Assembly (NCBI RefSeq): GCF_009914755.1
Contig: NC_060931.1
Origin: the human T2T-CHM13v2.0 reference genome, Homo sapiens
DNA: 64,000 nucleotides
Strand: one strand, 5' to 3'
A program made the position numbers and the translations under genes. This document shows positions 17,770 through 32,011 of the stretch, piece by piece (the first letter of the stretch is position 1; the number at the start of each line of letters is the position of its first letter). The notes beneath the pieces are model-generated. The model saw nothing but the letters and a program-made list of their open reading frames with translations, made no database searches and was not told the DNA's origin.

Positions 17770-18269
17770 ATTCTCACCAAAAATAGAAACCTATCGAGGG
17801 AAGTTATTTGAATTAGTGTCATTTTACAGATGAAAAAAATGACTTGGAAAATGGAAATTACTTGTCAAACATGTACCACAAGTAAACAACAAAAAGAGCT
17901 TGAAACGCCCAAATTGCCAGCCATAAAGTCCATGTCCATGTTACAATAAAACAGCTATCTTTGTATTTTCCATGTGTCTCTGTATGCTTCCTTGCAGTCT
18001 TATTAAAATATTCCATGTTTTATTAATTTTCCTCACTCCTTTATTCTCCATGCTGTTACTTTGCATATCCAGGATGTCAGCTACCCTGCTGTCCTGCATC
18101 CAGGCACTTACTGGAACCAGGCCTCAGTTCTTGTTCTAACCTCTCTCCCAAAAGGAATCCAGAGGAATCAGGACTGCACATCAAGCCAAAGACTTTTCTT
18201 CACATTCTCATACAGGAGCAAAAAGAGGGGGCCTATATTGTATATTTCATAAGAAGAAATTAATAAATT

Positions 18270-18556
18270 CTTTTTTTTTTTTGAGATAGTCTCACTTGGC
18301 CGTCCAGGCTGGAGCGCAGTGGCGTGATTACGGCCCACTGCAGCCTCAACCTCTGGGCTCCAGGGATCTTCCTGCTTCAGCCTCCCGAGTAGCTGGGACT
18401 ACAGACACCCCCATGCCCAGCTAATTTTTGTATTTTTTGTAGAGACGGGGTCTTGCCATATTGCCCAGGCTGCTCTTGAATTCCTGGACTCATGTGATCC
18501 ACGACTTCAGCCTCCCAAAGTGCTGAGATTTCAAGTGTGAGCCACTGCACCCAGCC
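18270..18556 (-). mobile_element. AluJ
   Basis: Reverse Alu with J-type text (ctgcagcctcaacctc, gggtcttgccatattgcccaggctg). Confidence 0.9.
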
Positions 18557-19761
18557 CCAGAAATTCTTATTAGTTACTTTGGTTCCTCCCTCCATCTTCC
18601 AACTCCTTCCATTTTCTCTCAAAGTTTCAGCCCTGCTCATTCGTCCTCTTTCTAGAGTTCCCTTTTGGAAAGCAATTTTCTCTCTCTAAAAGCTCTCTTC
18701 CTAAAAGCTTAAAAGTGAAGCAAGTTAGGCCTGTGGAGGCTCAGTTTGAACTCCAGCACTGCCTTACTAAATCATCTCCTCCAGAAGAACAGAGAAGTTC
18801 TCTCTTCAAGGGGTCTCTCACCAACAGTTTTGAGAGCGAAATTTTCTTCCTAGAAGTGAATGGGAATTATCTCTCTGTGAAAAAATACCAATATGCTTGT
18901 AAAGAGAGAAAACAAGGAAAAGAGATGGAGTCAGGAGGTGCTTCTTTTGTGTCTGGAAGGTTGGCTGTGTTTTGTGGAGACTTGGAACAAGGTGAGGTTG
19001 GCAGCCCTCTCCAGAGACGAGCCTTTATCCCCAGTCATCCCTCGCTGGTTTCTCCAGAGGCCCATGTGGACAAGGAGGGGCCAGAGAAGGAAGTGGGGAG
19101 GGGAGGATTGCAGAGATAATCAATCAAATGTCTCTCCACAGATTACTCCTACAGGATGGGAGATGCAAGATATAAATAGCTTTTAAGGAATAGGTTGTGC
19201 TTCCCTCAGAAACGGATGCTCTATAAGCTTGAATATTTAGCATCTATCATATGATTTTTGTTCACTTTCTTATTATTTTTTCACGCATTTAAAAGCTAAA
19301 ATTGTAATTAATTATGTAGGTAATTCTAGGGCCTCTCATTTAGTAAAAAGGCAACAATATAAACTTAAAATCTTTTTGAACTGTGCTAATGGGAACCACT
19401 GTCACCTTGTCCATGTTTGAGCCAAGTTCTTTAAAATAATAACTTTAATTTTTTTAAATAAAAGCAATATTTTTCAATGTAGAAAAAGAAAGAATGCCAA
19501 AAGAATATATACTTTTAAAACTACTAATAATCTTACAATAAAGATAACTGATTGAAACAATTTTGATGCACTTCTGTAGGGGAGATGTAGATACTTAAAT
19601 AAAGAGAAAGAAACCTATTTTCCTGCAGGCTGACCTTGGTGACAGTGTCAAGAATCAAGTTAGAAAGCCATAAGAAAAAAGGTCATTGGACAGCTTCTTC
19701 TTCCTTCCTCTCTGAACATTCACTGGCTAGCATTCTTCTTTGCAAAGTTCTCAAGTAAGAG

Positions 19762-20785
19762 GCAAAGCCAGGTTTTAGGAGATCCGAAGCTTTGATTATC
19801 TGGACCCTCCTTATAAAAAAGAATGCAAAATTATTCATACGAAATCAGATACAATAGTCAATATTATTTAGAAAGAGAAAAATCACAACATATTGCATAA
19901 TTTTAAAAGCTGACAAATATCATCTATGATACAAAATACAAGCAAAATGTGTATTTTTATTAATACTTCCTCACACATTTCTATAATATTTTTCCTATTT
20001 TTTTGGCTATATACTTTTTGAGTATCTCCTCACATGACAAAAGTGTTATAACATTTTCTATAAAGAGAATAGGAAGATAAAATTCAGGCTCCTGGCATAG
20101 TTGGTAGAAAATTTTTATTAATAATAATTAAATTAGAAAAATGTATTTAAGTTTCATAGCTCATCACTAGTGCTATTGTGTAAATTTTTAAGGTTACTGT
20201 TTTCTTCTTTCATAAGCTGTAGGATTTGGACAAATTTCCAAAGACTAGCTTTTGAGTATGTGTATTTCAAGACCAAGTTTTTCATCATTACACACGTTTC
20301 CACTGTCTGATACTGTTGGGCGTGGTTATACAGTGACATGCCTCTGACTCGGATGTTGACATCCTTAAAACCTGACACCACCTAAATTGGAAAGGATAAT
20401 AGAAAGTCATTCCTACATAGTGAAAGCTAGTAGTAATGACATAGGGATATCCATGGAAGAGACTGTGAACCACATAAATATATCATAGTACACTCAATTT
20501 CAATGCATCCTCAGCTTCCTTTTAGCCAGATCTCAAAAATGACTGCAATCACTCCAGTTACCATAGTGTACTTCCCATGAGAAAAGTATAAAGAAACTAA
20601 AGTGAAGAGAGAACTGTCTTAACTGATTTCATACAAAACACTGTACTTTTGGGAATGTTACAAAAGCAAATACTCACAGGCATTCCTAAGGCCGCTTACA
20701 AGGACTTGGAAGTAAGGGGTCAGTAGGAGGTCGTGAGAGGCCTCAAAGCTTGTGCTTCATTGGTTCCTGGTAAATCCGTCCCTGC
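19762..20785. mobile_element. hAT-Tip100 (Zaphod/MER115-like) DNA transposon fossil
   Basis: Ends caggtttt...gaagctt...aaagaatgcaaaatta and aagcttgtgcttcattgg...ggtaaatccgtccctg resemble recalled Zaphod termini. Confidence 0.55.
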
Positions 20786-23039
20786 CTAGACAGCTATGTT
20801 TTGTTTTACTAGACACTTATCCTCTGAAATTCCTCTCTCACCCACAACTGATAACTCTTCTTGGACATCAACAGAGCTGTGTGGCACAAAGCATCTACAT
20901 AGTTTCATGAATATTAACCCAGCTGAGCAGGTCTTTTCATGCCAAAGACTATTTCAGTATTTTAGTGAATTGCACTAATAAATTCAATCATGGTTTTAAA
21001 TGTTGATCATTTGTTTACATCATAAAAGCAAACAATAATAATAGTTAACTCACATATAATGATGTTCCCTGATGCTTATAGGATGTTTTTAACTTTTCAA
21101 TGTACATTTCCGTAGAGCACTGTGGTTATTAACTAGATTCACTGTCACCAGTAAAAATCCAGACAGTTCATGTAAATATGGATTAGTAAAAAGACCCATC
21201 ATCTCACTTATTTACATAGAACAAAACCTGCATTTACCTACAGTATGATGGTTTAATGTGTAAGCACACACAGCAGGAACTACAACGCCTCCCCATGTAA
21301 ATATGGGCCATTCTGTATGTACAAACTACTTCTATAACAACATGAAGATTCAACAAATAGAATTGAAAACCATAGTGCACTATTTTATCTTTATAAATAT
21401 GTCATTTAAGCACTTTAAAGTATTCTAAAGAGCATTGTTATTAGAGCGTTTTATTTCAAATAAAATATATACAAAAAATGAAAATGAGAATATAAACAGA
21501 AATGCACAAAATAGGCATGGCATTCTGCTTTTTGTTTAAGTGATAATTCATCTCAATAGATCAATAGCCTGTTACTCAAAAAAGAAAAAAAAAATGTCCA
21601 AATACCACTTGAAGGGTATTTGGGAACACTACATTATCTGTGTCAAACTGCTTATTGAACTTAAATCTGTGTTCTGAACTCACATTATATGACACAAAAA
21701 AGCTGTTTTTTTCTAAGCAAATAGTGGTCATGGTTGACTCTGGGAAAAATTGACTTGAAAAGCTATTCGATAAAAAACCAGTTTGATTCCTTTTTAAAGC
21801 AAAGACTTTCTTTGACTACACCAAAGAAAATGTTATGATCATATCTCATTCAACTAACACTAAATTAAAGTCTCACAAACTTATTTAACATTAAAATTAA
21901 CCTTGAAAATAAGTAAATGTAGTTCTGACCAAAAGAGTTTTTCATTTATCATTGATAATTTTTAAAAAGGTAAAACCCATAGATTAAATAACCAAAGATC
22001 TTTTTATTACCATGCCCCAATATGTCAAAATTCCAGCTGTTTTAAAATTTAGCTATTACGACCTCCTTATACGTATATCATTTTTTTTTTCTTAGGACAA
22101 GGATCTTAATCTGGGTTCTGTAATTTATGAATCAACCTCAGATTCTATGAAGTCTCTGAAATTATAGCCATAATTTTCTTTGAAGAAAAATACTTTTAAA
22201 GGAAGGTAGTTCATAGTGTTCATCAGAATCTCAAATGGACTATGACCCACAAGGCCTCAGCACCTAATTGGCATCACTGTCAGCTGGAGTGCAAGAAAGC
22301 AAAAAACTAGAATCTGAGAAAGGCACGGGTGCCCCAGGAAACCATGCTTGAGTGTCTGTCTTCAAATGAATTTTTTATATTGGTAAGAGTTAACTTTATA
22401 CATAATTTTATTTGTTTCACCCAAGGTAGATTTCCCTCTTCCTTCACTGGGAACCAGTCACCTATCACAGAAAATACTTGAATGAAGAAATAGAACTCTT
22501 TCACTTAGTGTTTCTGAAAAGTTACTAAAATCTAAGGCTACATATTTTTCTCTTAGTTTCAAATAATTTGTAATAAGAATTGCAATTTCTGTTCCAAGTA
22601 GATAAAAGGAACTCTCAGAATGGTTGGCTCATTTTTTAAACTTAACATAATAGGCTACTCTAAAATATGAGAAATAAGCACGCTTTTTGGTTCTTGTGGT
22701 GTGTGTGTGTCATTTGCTAGAGAGGAGCCTTCATACATATAGTCCATACTCATTTTTTCCACTTAACATTTCATCACTCTGTTACTCACTTTCTAAAAAG
22801 CTCTTAAAATTTGCTTGCCATTCCTTTTAGGCATATTAATTTTTCGTATCCACTGATATTTACCTTGTTAAAAACTGACAGTTGAAAAACGATCAATATA
22901 TGCAGTCAGGATTTCACATTTCAAGATATGACTTCTAGAAATTCATTTTAATGCAGAAAACCTTCTGTGTTGTGTTTTGATTTCCCTAAATTAGGAGGGT
23001 ACTTCACTTCACATTTTCATTGTTGTTTTTGTTTTGCTT

Positions 23040-23365
23040 TATTTGCTATTCTTTTTTTTGTTTTGTTTTGTTTTTTTGTTTTTTTTTTGACAGAGTCTTG
23101 CTCTGTCGCCCAGGCTGGAGTGCAGTGGTGATCTCTGCTTACTACAACCTCCACCTCCTGGGTTCAAGCAATTCTCCTGCCTCAGCCTCCCGAGTAGCTG
23201 GGGCTACAGGTGCATGCCACCACGCCTGGCAAATTTTTTGTATTTATAGTAGAGATGGGGTTTCACCATGTTAGCTACAATGATCTCAATCTCCAGACCT
23301 TGTGATCCACCTGCCTCAGCCTCCCAAAGTGCTGAGATTACAGGAGTGGGCCATCGTGCCCAGCC
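23040..23365 (-). mobile_element. AluS
   Basis: Reverse dimeric Alu with long degenerate T tail. Confidence 0.95.
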
Positions 23366-24513
23366 TATTTAGTATTCTTAAATGTCTAAGACACTGTGTT
23401 CATTTTTTTCCCCATGGGATTGTATTTGGCTTCCAAGTAGTTTGGTATTTGATCCCGAGTTGTAATATATTTAGTTTCTTAAGAAAATAAAAATGTCTTC
23501 TATTGATATCACCATTATTATTAATTTTTGCAATTAAATTGTAATATCCAGAGTTCAGAATGCAAAGATAGAATAATCCTCTTGTTTATGAACAACGTAA
23601 TAGCCCATTGGGTCTTCCAGGCCCTTCTGTGCTAGTAATATCATTGTTATCAAGTGGTTTTGTTCATCAGTTACTCACTTTCAGAGAAAGGTATAATTCA
23701 TTTAAGATTTTAAAAAATCAGAGCTTTTTAAAAAAGTTATTGACTACATTGAAAGTTCTTAAAAATTAATCTCATAGGATACGGAAACATCTACAGAAAA
23801 ATAATAGAAAGTCTTCGATATTTAATATTAATAGCAGTGATTTTGAGATTGTTTTTAAGTTTGAATGATAAATTTGCTTGTCATAAAATATATATACACT
23901 TCAACCAAGACGAAACTATTACAAAGTGAATTTATTGGGAGAAAAAATAGCATTTTTTTAATCAAGTTGAACAATATTGATTTTAATGTTGTAAAATTTT
24001 CCGAACTCTGCTATGTGAGAGGACTAATTAAAACCGCTTGAAATAGCTAAAGCATCTTATAATTTCTCTATAAGTTATTCATAAATCCACTGCCTGGAGC
24101 AAGTGGAAGATATACAGATGGCTTAATTCAGCAAGTTCCTAATGTGAGATGTTTCAAAAGCTCAGACAGAGAAGAATTTCTTATTAATGTACTTTCTTAT
24201 TAATGAAGTCTACAGAAAAGCAGGAGTGTATTTGGAAATTTTTAAAAAATAGATTTGTAACATGTTTTGTTTTGCATATAAGATATTTTTCTCACTCCAT
24301 TTCTATTCATACATATGTAGATGACTTCACTGCTCCTTCCAAGATTTTGATTTTATCATTATGACTGACCCTCAGCCTGGTTTTCACCACTGGTACCAGA
24401 AGAGAGTCTTTCCTTGGAATCCAGAGTCTCAGCTTTGCAGTTCTACAGGAGAAATCCTTCCTTCACCCGTCATAACACACACACTATAGACAGACAGGCA
24501 CCCTATATAAGAG

Positions 24514-24515
<2 letters not shown>

Positions 24516-24557
<42 letters not shown>
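24516..24557. repeat. (TG)n microsatellite, ~21 units
   Basis: Direct reading. Confidence 0.95.
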
Positions 24558-24559
<2 letters not shown>

Positions 24560-25210
24560 ATATATTTTTAATTCAAAATAAATTTAAAAAACTCTTCCAT
24601 TATAAAAAGATTTGATTAAATGTACTCTTTTCACCTAGCTATTGTAAACTATCAATTTAAAGTGAGAGAAATTTTATGAAATCTATACATAATTCATGAA
24701 ACCTTATTTTAGATACTAACTTTAATACATTTCCTTGCCCAGGGGACCAATAGTGCAAGGAGTAAAATTAATTGATCATATTTCATCTTCTTTTTTATCC
24801 TATTCTCTATAGAGATACTAACAAACAGTGAAATAAACATGAGATAACTGGATGAAGCACTGTTTATACCATCAGTCTACAATACTCTTTATCAGTGTAG
24901 CCCAGATAAGCAACTAGGAGCTGAAACCTTTGGCAGAGTACTTTACCAATTGTACCTCTCATATTCACCAGGTGATTTCCAATGTATTCTGAGCTCCATC
25001 TGAAGATGGTGTTTTAAAAGGTATTGCAACATTAAAAAGCAAAGCATAATAGCTGAATTAAAGAATTCCTATTAGAACTTCTTTTTACAAAAAATGTAAC
25101 AAGTTTATCTTCCCCCAAATAAATATGCAGTGACATTTAGTTACACATAAAGAATTAAGTTTGCCTTTCTAATTTGGAAACTGTTAAAAGCATAAAGACC
25201 AGAAGAAGTA

Positions 25211-25350
25211 GTCAGGCATGGTGGCCATGCCTATAATCCCAGCGCATTGATAAACTGAAGCAGAAGGATTGCTTGAGGCCAGGAGTTCAAGACCAGCGTG
25301 GGCAACATAATGAAATCCACCCCATCTCTAAAAAAAATTAAAAATAAAAA
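25211..25350 (+). mobile_element. FLAM / Alu left monomer
   Basis: Single arm with ggattgcttgaggccaggagttcaagaccagc, then A tail. Confidence 0.85.
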
Positions 25351-25369
25351 ACAGGCAGCAGATATAAAG

Positions 25370-26030
25370 AGATGATTCACAAAAAAGAAAATTTCAGTGG
25401 ATAATACATGTATCTAAAAAAATTCAACTACGTTTGCAATAAAAACACAAATGAAATTAAATTGAGTGTCATTTTCCCTATCAAATTCGAAAATGTCTTT
25501 GAAAGATTACACAAAATGCTGCTAGATGTACAGTAAAACAGAAATGCTCATATTCTGCTGATGGGATATAAACTGTTACAATTTCTCTTGAAACAATGGG
25601 GCAGTATATATCCTGAACTTAAAACACAGTTATGTACTCTGATTCACTCCTCCATCCCAGTCTAAGGAGATAATCAGAAATGCAGTCAAACACTTGTGTG
25701 CAAAGATATTCTATTTAATATTAAATAATCGAAAATTGGAAACAACTTGAATGTCTAACAAATTTAAAATATTAAACTAATTATTGTATAACTATATTAT
25801 GAAATTGTACTTACCTATTGGAAATAAGGTTTTGGTAGAATATTTTACACCATGAGAAAGTGCTCACTCTATAATGGAAAGAGAAACAAGTTATGTCAAT
25901 GAGTCGGTTGTCTATTAATATACGACATATATACATAGAACTCCTTTTATAGTAAATATGTATAGAATGATTATGACGATTGTTTTCTTTTTCAAAATAA
26001 AAACAATGTAAAAGTATTGAAAGTCTATGC
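25370..26030 (+). mobile_element. Ancient L1ME-type 3' fragment
   Basis: Degenerate ORF2 end and 3'UTR (ctcatattctgctgatggg...tgtgcaaagatatt...aattggaaacaac). Confidence 0.55.
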
Positions 26031-26809
26031 ACTGTAATTCTAAACCTAGATTTATTATTAATCTATATTTAATCCAAAAATATTTAGCAATTATAAGGCT
26101 TACATTCTTAGAACTATGATTAGCTTTGACTGAAATTTTTAGTTTTTATTTGGAATATTGACAGCTAGGAAAATAAAAAATGTGCTTTTAACCATGCCAA
26201 AATACTGAGAAGTTTTATTTATTTGTAATCTGTCAATTCTAGTGACTGGTAAGGAAACAGGAGGGAAAAGGGGAATCTGGTTGCACTCTAGAAAGCACTA
26301 AGAGATGCTGGCTCTGAGAGTCACAAAGGAAGCCAGATACAAGGGAGTAACTGTGGGCCAATAATGTCAGACGAGCTGCCAGGCTCTTGAGGGACAGAAG
26401 AAAATATTAGCTTGGGATAGGCAAGGCCTAAGCCACTAGTTGGTAGAGGAATATGCTCTAGAAAAGGAGACTTTAGACCGGAATGTTCTACTTGTCTCAT
26501 ATTCTTCATTTCCAACTGCTTCCTCTACCATTTTTTAAACATAGGCTTAATAAATACAATTTCAATTTGTAAAATTTGTATGATTTTACAAATTCGTAAA
26601 GACACCACTTTCAGATAAGATGCACAAGGGAAGCAAATATTCCCTCTGCTCTCCCTCCTTTAATTTGATAAAAGCCAAAGTTATAGCCAAGCATCTTATT
26701 TCCTCCATTATGATGCAAGTCTTGATTGCCTGCTTACAGTAGAAAGGGTTTCATTTTCAAGTAATGCTTTGCCTACTATTCTAGGTTCCTTTAGTCTGAG
26801 TTGACATTT

Positions 26810-27070
26810 AAAGAGAAATCTTTGCATAAGTGAAACTTCACGTACTTAAAAATTTGCCACGAGGGTAGATCTTAAGATTAAGTGCTCTAACCACAAAAAG
26901 AAACAAACAAAGGGAATGAGAGGAAATATTAGGAGGTGATGCGTAAGTAAGTTTATGGCATTGATAGTGATGATGGTTTTAAAGGTATATAGTTATCTCC
27001 AAACACTACAAGTTATATACATTAAATATCTACAACTTCTTATATGTCAATCATAAAGCAATTTTTTTAA
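26810..27070 (+). mobile_element. L1MA/MB 3' end fragment
   Basis: tacttaaaaatttgc...gagggtagatcttaag...gaggtgatg...tatatgtcaat. Confidence 0.6.
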
Positions 27071-28468
27071 AGCAGTCTTACTCTCAAGAGGTTAACGGTG
27101 GAAAAAAATAGCCGTGAATTGTTTTTCTTCCTTTTTAGGGCCAATATAAAACATGTTTTAGCTGTGCTGGCATACATAAAGGATAGAACCAGGTTTAGAT
27201 GCTTATTTCCCAAGCTAGTGTGGTGCTAACCTTAATCCAAAATATGGTGATTGGTTGCACACTTTTTTAAAGTTATGGTGTGACCACGGGGATGGTATTT
27301 AAAATATTGATGACTATATCATTAATAAAAATAAATGAGAAAGAGATACAAGCCATAGACTTTGCTTTCACTTTTGTAGAGGAATCTGTGTAATAGAAAC
27401 CATTGTTATATTGAACTATCTTTTTAACAAATATTGTTAAACTTTCTAGAAAGAGTCAGGGCACTCATAATTTCAGTGATATTTATTCAACTGATCACAG
27501 ATAACCAAACAATCATGAATACATTATTATGCAAAGTTTATGGTGAATGGATAGATACTCTTTTTAATTGGAAGAGAGCTGCTATAGCAGAAGCACTTCA
27601 AGGAAATTCTCAAGATTTATACTCATTTTCCTCTATCTATTACCAGCAACCATAAAATGTTAGAAAAATCAGAATATATGTGTTTAAAACAAGCAACCTG
27701 CATCTAATCCAAATGAAAAAAATATCAGTCCCAGAAAGCTAGTCTTCATGTTTGAACGTCAATCAGAGTCTATTTCCTAGAATCTGTCTTGTATCACCAA
27801 GGGGCAGAATGGTAGGTACCAAGTACACATTTTTTGATGCACAACACACTAAAAGGTATTATGCATGTCATCTTGGAAGAAGAAACATTTCTACTCTATT
27901 CACTAGTTTTTAGATGTCACAGTCATAAATATATACTAGCTTGAAATTTTCAATTCACAAGAAATATGTCTCTTAGAAATGCTGCTATTTGTATGCGGAT
28001 ACTTTTTGAGAAAATGATCAATTTATACACAGTACTGTGAACATAACCTGATTAATTTCCCTCTGATTTAACACAGAAGGCCTACTTGACCAAATCTGTA
28101 TGAAAATCAAGGAACGGTGGTACCACTTTTTCTCCACTTGTGGATGGACGGATCATCATATGAACTAAAAGTTCCATATATTGCCACTTCTACTCATCAG
28201 TTCTGAAATGTCACCAGAGTTGGGCATGGAGCTTTTCATTTTCTGCAAAGGTTTTCTCGAGACAGCATCAGTTAGATTTGAGACAAGGAAAAACACACTT
28301 TGATTAAGGTTTTGGGATTTCTCAAAGACAAAGAACAGAAGTCGATCTCATATTTTGCACAGTCCAAATTATCATACTAAAGCTAAAGAAGATAAACGGT
28401 GTTGATGTTTTAACTCATTGCTGATTGGTTTCTAGCTGCTACAAATCTTTCATTCTGAGAATATCTCA

Positions 28469-28993
<525 letters not shown>

Positions 28994-29192
28994 CTATAAA
29001 AATACTTAAACACTGTATGTTTATTCAAACTTCTTGAAGCAATTTGTTTTTCAAATTGGGCTAAGTAATAGCAACCCTTCATGATTTTTAAAATGATTGA
29101 TTGTTCTTAGGTGTGATCTGAACCATGATTTGAAGTTGTATTCTTTTTCTATTTCAAAATATGAGATGGCTCAATTATGGAGGAAATGTGAC

Positions 29193-29357
29193 TTAACATA
29201 TCTAAAAAGTATTCATTTGTGTATATGCAGATCAAAACATTTCTGCTTCTGTCATGTACTTTCTGATTAAATTTACATAAGTTACCTAACATCTTGACTA
29301 GTTTTCTATCTCTGCAACAGAGATAACTCTTCTTTCTACAAATAACAGAAAATTCAA
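29193..29357 (+). repeat. Direct repeat copy A (~165 bp; partner at 32012-32180)
   Basis: Manual alignment gives about 9 substitutions and two 2-nt indels versus copy B. Confidence 0.92.
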
Positions 29358-29916
29358 CAGAAAATTTAAATAAACTCTCTGTAGTCATTATTTTAGTAGA
29401 AAATATATTATTTAATTCTACCCTATTTGGTTATTTTCTTATAATGTCGCAATTTGTATGTATAATGTATAACGTATACATTTATATATTATGCTGTTAC
29501 CATATATTCTGCTATCAGTCACTTTTTGTGATTACATGCATGCTGTCATGGCATGTCATACATCTGGAGGTGGGCTACAGTCTATTTCAGGTTGGAGGTG
29601 TAATAGAATAGAAAGCACGTTGTACTTTTATTAGTACAGCATTCTAAATACTTTTTTCTGATTCTTTGGACTAAAGCTTTCTACTTTTGTCTGCTTCTTT
29701 TATGTTACTTGGAATTTACTCAGTTGCAATAATTTTTTTTTTAATTTAAATGCTCCTCCCCCAAATTTGCCTCTGTTCTATCATCTTAGGTAAATATCTG
29801 TCCTCTTTGATTAGCTCATAGCAACTAATTTATATTTTGCGTCTTTGTGTGACTTTCAAAAGTATTGCATTCTTAATTTTTTCTTGGATTAAGCGGTCCA
29901 AAGGAATAATAAAGAT

Positions 29917-30931
29917 GAATTTTTGAAACTAAGCTTTTCTCTACACCATCATTCACTAATTGCCTGAAATCCAAATTATAATTTGCACGTCATAGGGCCT
30001 CTAAAGTTGAATTTCAGTAGACATTATGCTATCAGCTGGGTTGGAAGGAGTTGAGAATGGGGAATTTTTGAAACTAAGCTTTTCTCTACACCATCATTCA
30101 CTAATTGCCTGAAATCCAAATTATAATTTGCACGTCATAGGGCCTCTAAAGTTGAATTTCAGTAGACATTATGCTATCAGCTGGGTTGGAAGGAGTTGAG
30201 AATGGGGAATTTTTGAAACTAAGCTTTTCTCTACACCATCATTCACTAATTGCCTGAAATCCAAATTATAATTTGCACGTCATAGGGCCTCTAAAGTTGA
30301 ATTTCAGTAGACATTATGCTATCAGCTGGGTTGGAAGGAGTTGAGAATGGGGAATTTTTGAAACTAAGCTTTTCTCTACACCATCATTCACTAATTGCCT
30401 GAAATCCAAATTATAATTTGCACGTCATAGGGCCTCTAAAGTTGAATTTCAGTAGACATTATGCTATCAGCTGGGTTGGAAGGAGTTGAGAATGGGGAAT
30501 TTTTGAAACTAAGCTTTTCTCTACACCATCATTCACTAATTGCCTAAAATCCAAATTATAATTTGCACGTCATAGGGCCTCTAAAGTTGAATTTCAGTAG
30601 ACATTATGCTATCAGCTGGGTTGGAAGGAGTTGAGAATGGGGAATTTTTGAAACTAAGCTTTTCTCTACACCATCATTCACTAATTGCCTAAAATCCAAA
30701 TTATAATTTGCACGTCATAGGGCCTCTAAAGTTGAATTTCAGTAGACATTATGCTATCAGCTGGGTTGGAAGGAGTTGAGAATGGGGAATTTTTGAAACT
30801 AAGCTTTTCTCTACACCATCATTCACTAATTGCCTAAAATCCAAATTATAATTTGCACGTCATAGGGCCTCTAAAGTTGAATTTCAGTAGACATTATGCT
30901 ATCAGCTGGGTTGGAAGGAGTTGAGAATGGG
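29917..30931. repeat. Tandem array, exactly 7 x 145 bp
   Basis: Units start at 29917, 30062, 30207, 30352, 30497, 30642 and 30787. They are identical except unit position 50 (G in units 1-4, A in units 5-7). Confidence 0.98.
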
Positions 30932-32011
30932 ATTGACTCATAAGGAGATAGATCCGATAAATCACTAAATCACGAAATCCTCTTTTTTACCTCTCCTAGG
31001 TGAGACATAGCTCATGAAAAGGTATCTCCACTGATTCAAGGTTTTAGCAGATGACTCTGAAAATGCTGACAATATCAAAACTAAATTTTCATGTTTTTCT
31101 TCTACACATTTGTTTTGCCTAGAAGGAAATGTAACCCCAGAAAATTAAAGTGGCCTATACAAGTTCAGCCACTATTGACTGATATAATCTTGAATAAGTT
31201 ACTTAACCTTTAAGATTCCAACATAGCTTTCTCTATTAAATAGGAATAGTTATGGTGTAATAGAACTCCATTCCATCTAGCATTAAAATTTGTATGAGTC
31301 CTAGAAGTTATATAGTCCATGTAAAGTTCTATAGTTCATATGAGTCCTGTAAGTTCATATGAATTTTGTTGTATCTCATTTTCCACACACTATTCATTCA
31401 ACAATATTTATTGAACATCTACTATTAGGTTTTATTTGCTCTTTGGTGCCTTAGTTCCATAGCATCTAGGTGCAGTCTGATATGCTAACAATACAAGGTC
31501 AATATTTTATAGTTTCATCAGTTTATGAATAATCTCCTAGACAATGTATTAAATTTATGTTTTTCCTATTTCTGTATATAGGGAAGGAAAAGATTAAAGC
31601 CATTAAACAGTGATTTTTTTCCATTGATTTTACATTTTTAAAACTATTTTGATGGAGCAAAGTATTTCAATCTAACATACGATAGCATTTTAGTCAACAT
31701 TGTGGGCTCTGGATAGAGTCACATCACCTGTATTCAAATTTGTATTTGCACTCTCCTTCAGCTTCATTCTGTGTACTTCATTATGTTCTGCATATCGGAT
31801 AATATTGTAATTTTGTGGTAAGAATTAAAAGATAGTAGTGTGTAGAATAATTTCTTGAACATTTTAAGAATAAAACTACTTTTCTAATATTACAGCAAAT
31901 AAACTGATAAATTATTGTCAAATCAAAATGTAATTATCAAGTATCCATAATTTTTATAATTTAATTTATACACCTCCTTTTTTTTTCAGAGACTAACTTC
32001 ATGAGTGCAAT

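Noticed and set aside
18715-19186. 134-aa and 97-aa ORFs in apparently unique DNA
   Set aside because: No recognisable homology, the longer one starts at GTG, and there is no supporting gene structure; consistent with chance.
29917-30931. CRISPR-like or coding repeat array
   Set aside because: Units are head-to-tail with no unique spacers, there are no cas genes, the context is primate, and the 145-bp period has no long ORF.
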